Below, piece after piece: positions 17,307-25,057 of a DNA stretch of 32,000 nt. The first letter of the stretch is position 1. Each line of letters starts with the position of its first letter. Both the position numbers and the translations under genes were made by a program. This stretch comes from Rhodoferax sp. (GTDB taxonomy: Bacteria; Pseudomonadota; Gammaproteobacteria; Burkholderiales; Burkholderiaceae_C). The stretch lies in NCBI GenBank assembly GCA_008015235.1, contig SSFF01000015.1, forward strand, positions 58,727-90,726. Reading direction: 5' to 3'. The notes beneath the pieces were generated by a model that saw only the letters and a program-made list of their open reading frames with translations, had not been told where the DNA came from and made no database searches.

Positions 17307-17822
17307 TCAAGCCACGTTCCACAGTACATTGTCAGTACTGTGTGCGTTCAGCTCTTTCGTCATGTATTCCATCCAGCCGCTGTCCATTACCTGTACATCG
17401 TGCTGTTCATCCATCCCATCAACCAACGCAATCGCGTTCTTCACCATCTCTTTAAACAGCATGGGCTTTTGTTCAAAGCCGCCTACTGCAAGGTGCAAGT
17501 GCAGACGTTTACCGTTACCAACACCTTCAACCGTTGCAAAGTAGCGCAGGCCTTTGCCGTCTCGCTTTGCTGCATGGCCGTAAGCCTGTTTGTTTAGCTT
17601 CTGTGTAAAGCGTTTGGCAATGCCTTCGCAGTCTTCGCGCTTTAGCTTGCGCATGTAGACGCCATTGTTGTTTTTGACTTTGTACGACTGCTTAAGCGTC
17701 AGCGTGACTGCGAATTGAAACTCCTGCATGTGACCATTTAGCCAGGTGCGTAATGCGTCTTTGCAAGCAGTACGTGCGTTGGCGTTGTAAGCAGTGATCT
17801 CCCGTATGCGCTGTAAGTCCAT
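17307..17822 (-). CDS. Small HUH-motif protein, candidate rolling-circle Rep / Inovirus Gp2 (YfjJ/YagK)-like
   Basis: FAVTLTL (Rep motif I-like), RLHLHLAVGG (His-hydrophobic-His) and WMEYMTKE (Tyr motif), in the canonical order. Start is either ATG 17822 or TTG 17843. Confidence 0.4.
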   Translation of the reverse strand: MDLQRIREITAYNANARTACKDALRTWLNGHMQEFQFAVTLTLKQSYKVKNNNGVYMRKLKREDCEGIAKRFTQKLNKQAYGHAAKRDGKGLRYFATVEGVGNGKRLHLHLAVGGFEQKPMLFKEMVKNAIALVDGMDEQHDVQVMDSGWMEYMTKELNAHSTDNVLWNVA

Positions 17823-17894
17823 GCATATATTTATTCCTGCCAAATAAAACCAAATATTTTTCTTGCCGTTATTTGGTTAGGTCATAAATACAGT

Positions 17895-18110
17895 ATGAGA
17901 TTTTTTGAATTTGCCCCTAAAACACCAACGCTACCCAAGCCAAAAACGCCAGATCAGCAGCGAGTTGCAGTCTTGCAAGGAAACAAGGATCGTGCTGCAG
18001 AAGCTTTGAAGAAGGAGCGGCAACGGCAGCAAGTGAGCAATGCGCAGAAGACGATTGCGAGGGTCAATGCGTCGCAGCCTATGCAAATGCCCAAACCTGC
18101 TACCAATTGA
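17895..18110 (+). CDS. Hypothetical small basic Pro/Lys/Gln-rich protein, 71 aa
   Basis: ORF divergent from the Rep-like gene, followed by a 9-bp stem hairpin GATGTGTTA-CTTTAT-TAACACATC (18109-18132). Confidence 0.4.
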   Translation: MRFFEFAPKTPTLPKPKTPDQQRVAVLQGNKDRAAEALKKERQRQQVSNAQKTIARVNASQPMQMPKPATN

Positions 18111-18290
18111 TGTGTTACTTTATTAACACATCTAAGTCTGCCAAAGCTTTTAGTGCTGTTTGTATGGCCGCATTTGGTTTTGCATGAATTGGATGCGGTA
18201 CCCAGTCATGCTGTACGGGTACAGGTTGCGAAAGAACGAAGGCTGAAAATACATTTGTCTGTGCTTTAACAAATATTGAAAGGAAAGCAC

Positions 18291-18731
18291 ATGGCAACAG
18301 CACTCGCGTCCCTCAAGTTCACAACTGCAAAGAAGTCCAGTCAACTGTCTCCTGTGCAGTCGCGCCGCAACAAGATCATTGCCAAATTGGAAGAGCAGAT
18401 TGCGTTGGCAACTGCGCAGGCAGAAGGGCGTGTGTATGCGCCAGCAAAATTTAAGACGGTGACAGATGCAAACGGCGAACGGCGCAGCGTTGAAACGGCG
18501 AAGCGCGTTAAACAGTGGTGGTTCGCAACAGTAGACGGCAAACTGGCGCTGACGGTGCGTTATGGCGCAAAGGTGCTTGAGTTGGCAAAGGGAAAGAACG
18601 CTGTGGACGTAGGCACTGCCGCGCAATTAGTGCCAGTGCTGACGCTGTTAAAGCAAGCAGCTGAAGCTGGCGAACTGGATGCTGCTATTGAGGCTGCTGG
18701 TGCGGCTTTGCGGAAAGGATTTGCAAAGTAA
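18291..18731 (+). CDS. Hypothetical protein, 146 aa
   Basis: ATG at 18291 is preceded by AAAGGAAAG. Composition is typical of the moderately AT-rich part of the island. Confidence 0.6.
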   Translation: MATALASLKFTTAKKSSQLSPVQSRRNKIIAKLEEQIALATAQAEGRVYAPAKFKTVTDANGERRSVETAKRVKQWWFATVDGKLALTVRYGAKVLELAKGKNAVDVGTAAQLVPVLTLLKQAAEAGELDAAIEAAGAALRKGFAK

Positions 18732-18864
18732 CTGGTATAGTATTTTGACGGATTTGATTTTAGAACTTCTGGCCGCTAAGTGTGGTTTTTTTCCTGCGTC
18801 GTTGGTGTAAGAGGTTTTTTGGACTATTTTTATTGACATTTACTAGATTGTTAGAGGGGGGTCT

Positions 18865-19884
18865 ATGCACTTTTGTTTGAAATTTATTATTTTGTCGCTA
18901 GTTTCATTTTCAGTAAACGCGCAACTTAATGGAGATGCTCGACGTAATTGGATGGGCCAGTATTTTGGAGCCTGCTATAAATCCCAAGTGGCAGATGCGT
19001 CAAATGTCGATGTGCCGCCAGTTATGATTGCTCAATATTGCAGTTGCGCTAGCGAGCAAACAGCGCAGGCATTGACTGATGGTTTGTTGGCAGAAATAGA
19101 TGCTGGGACAAAAAATCTTCCACAAAATATAAACACTGATGCGGCTAAGTTTTGCCTTACAAGTTTTAAAAAATATCCATCGAGTCCATTTGCTGAGAGG
19201 GTGATTAGTAGTGAGTCTGCAAAGAACATTAAGCTCTTTGATGGCACTACACAGCGATTTACGGCATATCGCCAGTTTGTATATGATAAAAATTGGAAGC
19301 TATTGCAAGACAAGGAACTGCCAAATGGCAAATATCTTTTTGATGTTAATTTTGCCCCAAATAGATCTCAAAATTTGGCCAGAGATGTAACCAGTGGTGT
19401 GGTTTATAGTCTTTTTGTTTCAGAGCAGGCGACAGAAGAATCGCGTAAAAAGGGTTTTGATTTTCTATTTTTTGTACCAGAAATTTCTGGTAATCTTGCA
19501 ATTAACTCAGTCAAAAATATTTTCGTTTCACAGTATTTTGATGTGCGAGATGGTAAATTTTATGAAACGCACTATGTTCGTTCTCAGGCGCTCATTTGTT
19601 CCGCATTAAACGAAGCGAAAATTCGTGCTCAAAAATCTATGGCCGCATCGATTTTTAAAGAGCTTCTTCTTGTTGCTATTAAAAGCTATGCTGGAGCAAG
19701 TTATAGCGGTGGAACTTTTACTGGAACAGCAAACGGCGGGACCTTTGTTGGTTCATTTCGTAAATATGACAGTACATGGCTTGGGGAGCACTATTCGCGG
19801 GGGTTGGATGCTGTATTTAACGGTACTGCTAGTTTGGGGGAGATAACTGATGAGCAGAATCGTTTGAAGTGTTCTGAAATTTAA
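18865..19884 (+). CDS. Hypothetical secreted protein, 339 aa, very AT-rich gene
   Basis: RBS AGAGGGGGG, signal peptide MHFCLKFIILSLVSFSVNAQ. I recognise no family. Confidence 0.6.
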   Translation: MHFCLKFIILSLVSFSVNAQLNGDARRNWMGQYFGACYKSQVADASNVDVPPVMIAQYCSCASEQTAQALTDGLLAEIDAGTKNLPQNINTDAAKFCLTSFKKYPSSPFAERVISSESAKNIKLFDGTTQRFTAYRQFVYDKNWKLLQDKELPNGKYLFDVNFAPNRSQNLARDVTSGVVYSLFVSEQATEESRKKGFDFLFFVPEISGNLAINSVKNIFVSQYFDVRDGKFYETHYVRSQALICSALNEAKIRAQKSMAASIFKELLLVAIKSYAGASYSGGTFTGTANGGTFVGSFRKYDSTWLGEHYSRGLDAVFNGTASLGEITDEQNRLKCSEI

Positions 19885-20023
19885 TTCGCTTGAATTTAAT
19901 TTTTTGGAACCCTTTTGTGCGCACTTGATCGATGAGAGGGGGTGTGCAAATACTGCGAATAATTGATGTGTTGCGCATTGCCATTGGCGTGCAAGTCTTA
20001 TAAAAGCAGTAGTTATTTCAGAT

Positions 20024-20045
20024 GCTTACACACTTTGCTGCACAC
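20024..20045 (+). repeat. Degenerate arm-type motifs GCTTACACAC and GCTGCACAC (attR side)
   Basis: Each has 1 mismatch to the GCTTGCACAC consensus. An inverted GTGTGCAA lies at 19942-19949 and GCGTGCAAG at 19987-19995. Confidence 0.4.
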
Positions 20046-20101
20046 TGAAAAAAACCACGCTGTAAACCGCATAAACACTAGGTTTTGTGAAATAAATTTT
20101 T

Positions 20102-20115
20102 CTCATAATCCTTTG
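20102..20115 (+). repeat. attR core, direct repeat CTCATAATCCTTTG
   Basis: Identical to 10587-10600. Confidence 0.8.
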
Positions 20116-20146
20116 GTCGCGGGTTCAAGTCCCTCACGCCCTACCA
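20102..20146 (+). pseudogene. 3' part of the disrupted host tRNA(CAU): anticodon loop to CCA
   Basis: CTCATAA-TCCTT-TGGTC-GCGGG-TTCAAGT-CCCTC-ACGCCCT-A-CCA, preceded by island AT-rich DNA. 10555-10600 plus 20116-20146 equals 77 nt. Confidence 0.85.
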
Positions 20147-20164
20147 TTCCAATGCATGCTTCAA

Positions 20165-20196
20165 GGCCTGTCACTTTCCGGTGACGGGCCTTTTTG
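20165..20196 (+). terminator. Intrinsic terminator of the original tRNA gene
   Basis: GGCCTGTCAC-TTTCC-GGTGACGGGCC followed by TTTTTGTTTT. Confidence 0.7.
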
Positions 20197-20318
20197 TTTT
20201 CTCTTGCCCACATACGGTAATGGTCCTCGGGTCGTTCTCGGATAAGCGAATGCCGAGAGGTGTGTGCACCCATAGAATGGTTCGTACCAATATCCCCCTT
20301 ATTTCGAGGACGTTTCTC

Positions 20319-22382
20319 ATGAAGATGCTGCGTGTTGTGGGTCTGGCGATCGCGGCCTTGGCGGCTTTGCTGGTGCTGGTGGTGGTTTTGCTTTACGCGA
20401 TGTTCGATGGCGACAAGCTCAAGGCGAAGGTCAGCCGCGTGGTGCTGGAGCAGAAGCAGCGCACGCTGGTGATTGCGGGCAAGCCGCAACTGTCGGTGTG
20501 GCCCGATGTGGGTATCCAGCTGGAAGGGGTGACACTGTCCGAGCGCGGCAGCACTGCACAGTTTGCTTCTCTCCAGTCCGCACGGGTGTCGGTGGCGGTG
20601 ATGCCATTGTTGCGCCAGCAGGTGCAGGTGCGCGCCTTGGAGGTGTCGGGGCTGCAAGCCACCTTGGTGAAGAAGAAAGACGGCACGCTCAATATTGCAG
20701 ACTTGCTGGCGCCTTCGGCAGACGCGGCCCAACCGGCTGCGCAGGATCAAGCCCCCGCGTCCCTGCAGATTGACGTGGCGGGCGTGCGCATTGCCAACGC
20801 GCAGCTCACCTGGCGCGATGAAAAGGCCGGTAGCTCCACCAGCTTGTCGAACCTGAGTCTGTCCACCGGCGCGGTGCGGGCCGATACCGGCAAGAAGACC
20901 GCCTCTGTGGAGAAACTCAGCCTTACGGCCAAAGGCCAGCAAGGGACCGACGTGTTTGCCCTGACGTTGGATGCGCCGCGGCTCACCCTGTCGCCGGAGA
21001 AGTCGGGAGGGGACTCCATCAGCCTGTCGGCCACCTTGCAGGGCGAGGGCCGCAATGCGACGGTCAATCTGCAGTTGAGCGGTGTGGAGGGGAATACCGA
21101 TGCACTCAAGCTCGCCAGTCTGGCCTTGAAGCTCGATGCCAAGGTGGGCAGTACCGCCCTCGTGGGGCAATTAAGTTCGCCAGTGGCTGTGAACGTGGCG
21201 GGCCAGAGCGTGGCGCTGGACAAGCTGGCTGGCAGCGTCGAGCTGGCCCACCCCGATATGCCCATGAAACGCTTGGTTCTGCCCCTGAACGGCAGCCTGA
21301 AGGTGGATGCCTTGCAACAGACTGCGGCCCTGGATCTGGGCACCAAATTCGATGACTCGCAGATTGCAGCCCATGTGAAAGTGGGCAAATTTGCACCATT
21401 GGTGCTGGCCTTTGATCTGTCGGTGGACAAGCTCAATGTGGACAAGTACCTGCCGCCCAAGCCCGCCGGGGCCGAGCCAGCCAAGGACGCTGCTGTGGGC
21501 AAAGACGCCCCCATCAACCTGGGTGCACTCAAGGGGCCCACCGTGCAGGGGGCTGTCCGGTTGGGTGCGCTCCAGGTGTCCAACCTGAAGCTGACCAACG
21601 TGAATGCCAAGCTGGCCTTGGCCGGTGGAAAGCTCGATGTGGCACCTTTGGCCCTGAATCTGTACGAAGGCAGCACCAGCGGCAGCCTGAGCCTGAACGC
21701 CAATGGCAATGTCGTGGCGCTCCAGCAAACGCTCACGGGCGTCAGCATCAATCCGCTGATGAAAGACCTGGTGAACAAGGATTTGCTGGAAGGCAGGGGC
21801 AACGTGGCCCTGGATGTGAGCACCCGCGGCGAGACGGTCGGTGCGATGAAAAAAGCGCTGGCGGGCACTGCAGCGCTGGCGCTGAAGGACGGTGCCATCA
21901 AGGGCATCAACCTGGCGCAAACGCTGCGCGATGTCAAAGCCAAACTGGGCCAGGCCGATGCCACACAGCAGGCGAACGCCAGTCAGAAGACAGATTTTTC
22001 CGAACTGACTGGTAGCTTCAAGATTGCCAATGGGGTGGCCCGCAACGATGACCTGGTCATGAAGTCGCCCTTTATCCGCCTGGGTGGCACTGGCGATGTG
22101 GACGTGGGGGTGGGCCAGATGAATTACCTGGCCAAGGCCACGCTGGTGGCCAGCGGAGAAGGCCAGGGTGGCAAGGATGCCGCGCAGCTCCGCGGGCTGA
22201 CCGTGCCGGTACGGGTCAGTGGTCCGTTCGAGGCACTGAGCTACAAGCTCGAACTCAGCGCCTTGCTGGAGGACGCCACCAAAGCCAAGGTGGAGGAAAA
22301 GAAGCAGGAAATCAAGGCCAAGGCTGAAGAAGCCGTGCGCGACATGACCAAGGACCTGCTCAAGGGCGTGCTCGGCAAATAG
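20319..22382 (+). CDS. asmA: AsmA family outer-membrane biogenesis protein
   Basis: N-terminal TM segment MKMLRVVGLAIAALAALLVLVVVLLY, then FDGDKLKAKV...QLSVWPDVGIQLEGVTLSE. C-terminal LKDGAIKGINLAQTLR and NDDLVMKSPFIRLGGTGDVD are typical of AsmA. Confidence 0.85.
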   Translation: MKMLRVVGLAIAALAALLVLVVVLLYAMFDGDKLKAKVSRVVLEQKQRTLVIAGKPQLSVWPDVGIQLEGVTLSERGSTAQFASLQSARVSVAVMPLLRQQVQVRALEVSGLQATLVKKKDGTLNIADLLAPSADAAQPAAQDQAPASLQIDVAGVRIANAQLTWRDEKAGSSTSLSNLSLSTGAVRADTGKKTASVEKLSLTAKGQQGTDVFALTLDAPRLTLSPEKSGGDSISLSATLQGEGRNATVNLQLSGVEGNTDALKLASLALKLDAKVGSTALVGQLSSPVAVNVAGQSVALDKLAGSVELAHPDMPMKRLVLPLNGSLKVDALQQTAALDLGTKFDDSQIAAHVKVGKFAPLVLAFDLSVDKLNVDKYLPPKPAGAEPAKDAAVGKDAPINLGALKGPTVQGAVRLGALQVSNLKLTNVNAKLALAGGKLDVAPLALNLYEGSTSGSLSLNANGNVVALQQTLTGVSINPLMKDLVNKDLLEGRGNVALDVSTRGETVGAMKKALAGTAALALKDGAIKGINLAQTLRDVKAKLGQADATQQANASQKTDFSELTGSFKIANGVARNDDLVMKSPFIRLGGTGDVDVGVGQMNYLAKATLVASGEGQGGKDAAQLRGLTVPVRVSGPFEALSYKLELSALLEDATKAKVEEKKQEIKAKAEEAVRDMTKDLLKGVLGK

Positions 22383-22448
22383 CGAAGCCGCACCTCCCCG
22401 ATACCACTGTGGGTATCATGGTAGGCATAACTATCAGGGGGTGGTGAG

Positions 22449-24026
22449 ATGTTTGACAACTTCCGCATATCACAGCGCTTCATCGCTGTGTTGCTGGCCT
22501 ATTGGGTGTCGTTCATGGCGGTGGCCATTGCCAGCTACTGGGGGCTGGTTTCCGCGCGGGACAGCGTGCGCTACCTGCACGACTCGGCCATGACCTCCGC
22601 CTTGGACATGGCCCAGGCCGTTGATGCAGTGGCCCAAAGTCGCATGCAAATTCTGCTGGCCTTCCAGCATGCCCCCGACGGCCCTCTGGCCAAGATACAT
22701 GACCACCCCACGGCACTCCATACCGAAGACGTCTCCAGGCGCTTGACGGAGGGTGCTGCACGCATGGCGAAGATTGCCCAGGCTGTGGACGACGCACAGG
22801 GCAAGACCCTGCTGGTAGAAGCACAGAAAGCCAACGCGGCGTGGACCCAGAGGCTCGAACAGTCGCTCAAGGCCATCACGGCATCGGATTTCAGTCCCGA
22901 CGCCATGGCGACCTTTCTGCAGGCTGGTCGTACGGAAGGCGATGCGGCTGTGAAGACACTGCAGGCCCTGCAGGACCACGAGCTGGCCATTGCCGACCAG
23001 GCTGCGCAGGATGCCGAGGCGCGCTATCACCTGGCCTTGACAATTTTCATCATCGCAGCTGTCGTCGGTGGTGCGCCTGCCACCTGGATGACGGTGCTGC
23101 TGGTTGGTCGGATGAAATCGGGGTTTGGCTTGGCCGACGAGACGGCGGGTGCAATCGCTTCGGGCAATTTGTCGCGTCCGGTGCGCTTCAGTGGCAAGGA
23201 TGAAATCGGCCATTTGCTGATGCAGATGGCCAGCATGCGCGACAACCTCTGGCGCGACATCACCCAGGTGCGCAGCGGTTCTGACGCCATTGCCAGCGCT
23301 GCCAGCGAAGTGGCCAGCGGAACGCTCGACCTTTCAAACCGCACCGAGCAGCAGGCCAGTTCCCTGGAGAAGACCAGTTCGGCCACCAGGGCGCTGGCGG
23401 AGACGGTTCAGCTCAATGCCCAGAGTGCAGCGCAGGCCAGCGATCTGGCCCGTACCGCAGCCGACCTTGCCGTGCAGGGTGGTGACGCTGTCACCCAGGT
23501 GGTGCAGACCATGGGTGCCATTGAAGTTTCCTCGCGCAAGATCGTGGACATCATCGGCGTGATTGACGGCATTGCGTTCCAGACCAACATCCTGGCGCTC
23601 AACGCTGCCGTTGAGGCGGCCCGCGCCGGTGAGCAGGGGCGCGGCTTCGCGGTCGTGGCGGCCGAAGTGCGCAGTTTGGCCCAGCGTTCGGCCACTGCCG
23701 CCCAAGAAATCAAGGGGCTGATCGATGTGTCGGTGACCGACGTTGGCCGTGGTACCCAGCAGGTGGGTCAGGCTGGCGCCACCATGACGGAAATTGTGGC
23801 GGGCATTCGCAAGGTGGCCGACATCGTGGGGGAGATCGCATCGGCCAGCCGCGCACAGTCGGCAGGCATTGCCGATATCAACCAGGCAGTGGTTCAGCTC
23901 GATGGTGTGACCCAGCAGAATGCAGCCCTGGTGGAGCAGACCTCGGCCGCTTCGGCTGCGCTGCAGGACCAGGCGCGCCAATTGGCTGCGCTGGCCGCAC
24001 GCTTCCAGCTGGGCAGCGTCGTTTGA
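22449..24026 (+). CDS. Methyl-accepting chemotaxis protein
   Basis: Two TM segments flank a helical periplasmic domain. HAMP domain, then the conserved signalling hairpin [40 protein letters not shown]. Confidence 0.9.
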   Translation: MFDNFRISQRFIAVLLAYWVSFMAVAIASYWGLVSARDSVRYLHDSAMTSALDMAQAVDAVAQSRMQILLAFQHAPDGPLAKIHDHPTALHTEDVSRRLTEGAARMAKIAQAVDDAQGKTLLVEAQKANAAWTQRLEQSLKAITASDFSPDAMATFLQAGRTEGDAAVKTLQALQDHELAIADQAAQDAEARYHLALTIFIIAAVVGGAPATWMTVLLVGRMKSGFGLADETAGAIASGNLSRPVRFSGKDEIGHLLMQMASMRDNLWRDITQVRSGSDAIASAASEVASGTLDLSNRTEQQASSLEKTSSATRALAETVQLNAQSAAQASDLARTAADLAVQGGDAVTQVVQTMGAIEVSSRKIVDIIGVIDGIAFQTNILALNAAVEAARAGEQGRGFAVVAAEVRSLAQRSATAAQEIKGLIDVSVTDVGRGTQQVGQAGATMTEIVAGIRKVADIVGEIASASRAQSAGIADINQAVVQLDGVTQQNAALVEQTSAASAALQDQARQLAALAARFQLGSVV

Positions 24027-24138
24027 CTGCAAATTCTGTTGCGCCAGGTATCGCGGTTGCTATATTTTGTATAGCTAGAAGCGCAACATTTATGCGGGCG
24101 GAGTCCCCAAAAGACTCCAAATTCAGCCGTGGACCTTG

Positions 24139-24585
24139 TCAGGTGGCGGTGGTGCCTTGGCGTTCGGCCAGCTGCTTGCGGCAGGCATCGTTGATGACGC
24201 GCAGTTCGGCCAAGGTTTCGTCGATCTTGGCGCGTTTTTTCTCCAGCTCGGCGATCTCCTGGTCGGTGCGCTCGATCACATAGCCCAGCTGCTGGGCGCG
24301 GCCTTCGCCCTGTTCGCCGTACAGGTCCAGGTAGTTCTTGATTTCCGACAGGGGCGAGCCGATGGCCTTGGCGCGCAGGATCAAGGCCAGGCGGGCACGG
24401 TCGCGGCGGGTGTAGACCCGCGCGCCGTTGATGCGCCGTGGACTCAGCAGCCCCTTGTCTTCGTAAAAGCGCAGCGCGCGCAGGGTGATGCCGAACTCGC
24501 GGCACAGTTCAGTGATGCCAAAAAGTTCGGCGGTATCGACGTCGCGGTGCGACTCGACAAAAGCTTGCGCTGCACTGATTTTCAT
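24139..24585 (-). CDS. MerR family transcriptional regulator, LiuR-like
   Basis: HTH FGITLRALRFYEDKGLL plus a coiled-coil dimerisation helix. It sits next to, and divergent from, an acyl-CoA carboxylase cluster. Confidence 0.8.
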   Translation of the reverse strand: MKISAAQAFVESHRDVDTAELFGITELCREFGITLRALRFYEDKGLLSPRRINGARVYTRRDRARLALILRAKAIGSPLSEIKNYLDLYGEQGEGRAQQLGYVIERTDQEIAELEKKRAKIDETLAELRVINDACRKQLAERQGTTAT

Positions 24586-24594
24586 GGGCGCCGA

Positions 24595-24891
24595 TTACAG
24601 CACGCGTTGCAGGCGCATGGCCACGCTCATGTCGCCGGTGACTTTGAGCTTGCCGGTCATGAAGGCGGTGGCGGGCTCCAGGTCACCCTTGACCATGGCG
24701 CCCAGGTTTTCCAGGGTGATACCAATATTGCAGTCGGCGTTGTCGGCACTGTTGCTCACGCTATTGGGGGTGGACTTGCCGTCGATGAAGATGGCGCCGT
24801 CGGCACCGCAGTCAAATTTCAGGGTGGCTGCCAGGCCGCTGTCGCTGCCGACTTTGTTGCGGATGGCGCTGGTGCATTCGTCGAGGGTCAT
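24595..24891 (-). CDS. SCP2 sterol-carrier-like domain protein
   Basis: C-terminal AFMTGKLKVTGDMSVAMRLQ is the SCP2 signature. ATG at 24891 is preceded by AGGAATA. Confidence 0.7.
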   Translation of the reverse strand: MTLDECTSAIRNKVGSDSGLAATLKFDCGADGAIFIDGKSTPNSVSNSADNADCNIGITLENLGAMVKGDLEPATAFMTGKLKVTGDMSVAMRLQRVL

Positions 24892-24998
24892 GGTGGTATT
24901 CCTATGGTGGGTTGGATGTTTGCAATCGCGAAACGGGGCCAATGCTAGCAGCCATGCATTCCGTTTAGCATAGGGAAAATACCTATATGTAATTATGT

Positions 24999-25012
24999 TG
25001 ACGTTAACGTCA
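24999..25012. promoter_or_regulatory. Perfect palindrome TGACGTTAACGTCA overlapping a TTGACG -35 box (candidate MerR/LiuR operator and promoter of the carboxylase operon)
   Basis: TTGACG (24998-25003), a 17-nt spacer, then TCTAAT (25021-25026). The dyad is centred between the two boxes, as for MerR-type regulators. Confidence 0.5.
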
Positions 25013-25057
25013 CCATAGCATCTAATGCGGCAAGTTCAACATGAAGGAATTGCCTGC

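Larger units (their letters stand above)
10601..20101. mobile_element. Integrative genomic island of about 9.5 kb inserted in tRNA(CAU)
   Basis: Bounded by the 14-nt direct repeat and the two tRNA halves. Composition shifts sharply to AT-rich exactly at both cores. A tyrosine integrase sits near the left end, and arm-type repeats lie near both ends. Confidence 0.85.

Noticed and set aside
16997-17329. 110-aa minus-strand ORF in the gap between the recombinase and the Rep-like gene
   Set aside because: It has no RBS, overlaps the 3' end of the Rep-like gene and has an implausible composition. The tract is treated as non-coding.
20103-21964. 355-aa and 405-aa minus-strand ORFs opposite asmA. 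The first starts inside the tRNA remnant.
   Set aside because: They are antisense to a recognisable AsmA gene. The overlap with the tRNA fragment and terminator is coincidental.
22470-24948. Minus/plus shadow ORFs over the MCP and the MerR/SCP2 genes (22470-23213, 23334-24032, 23894-24505, 24136-24948)
   Set aside because: They are antisense to genes with diagnostic motifs. No independent support was found.
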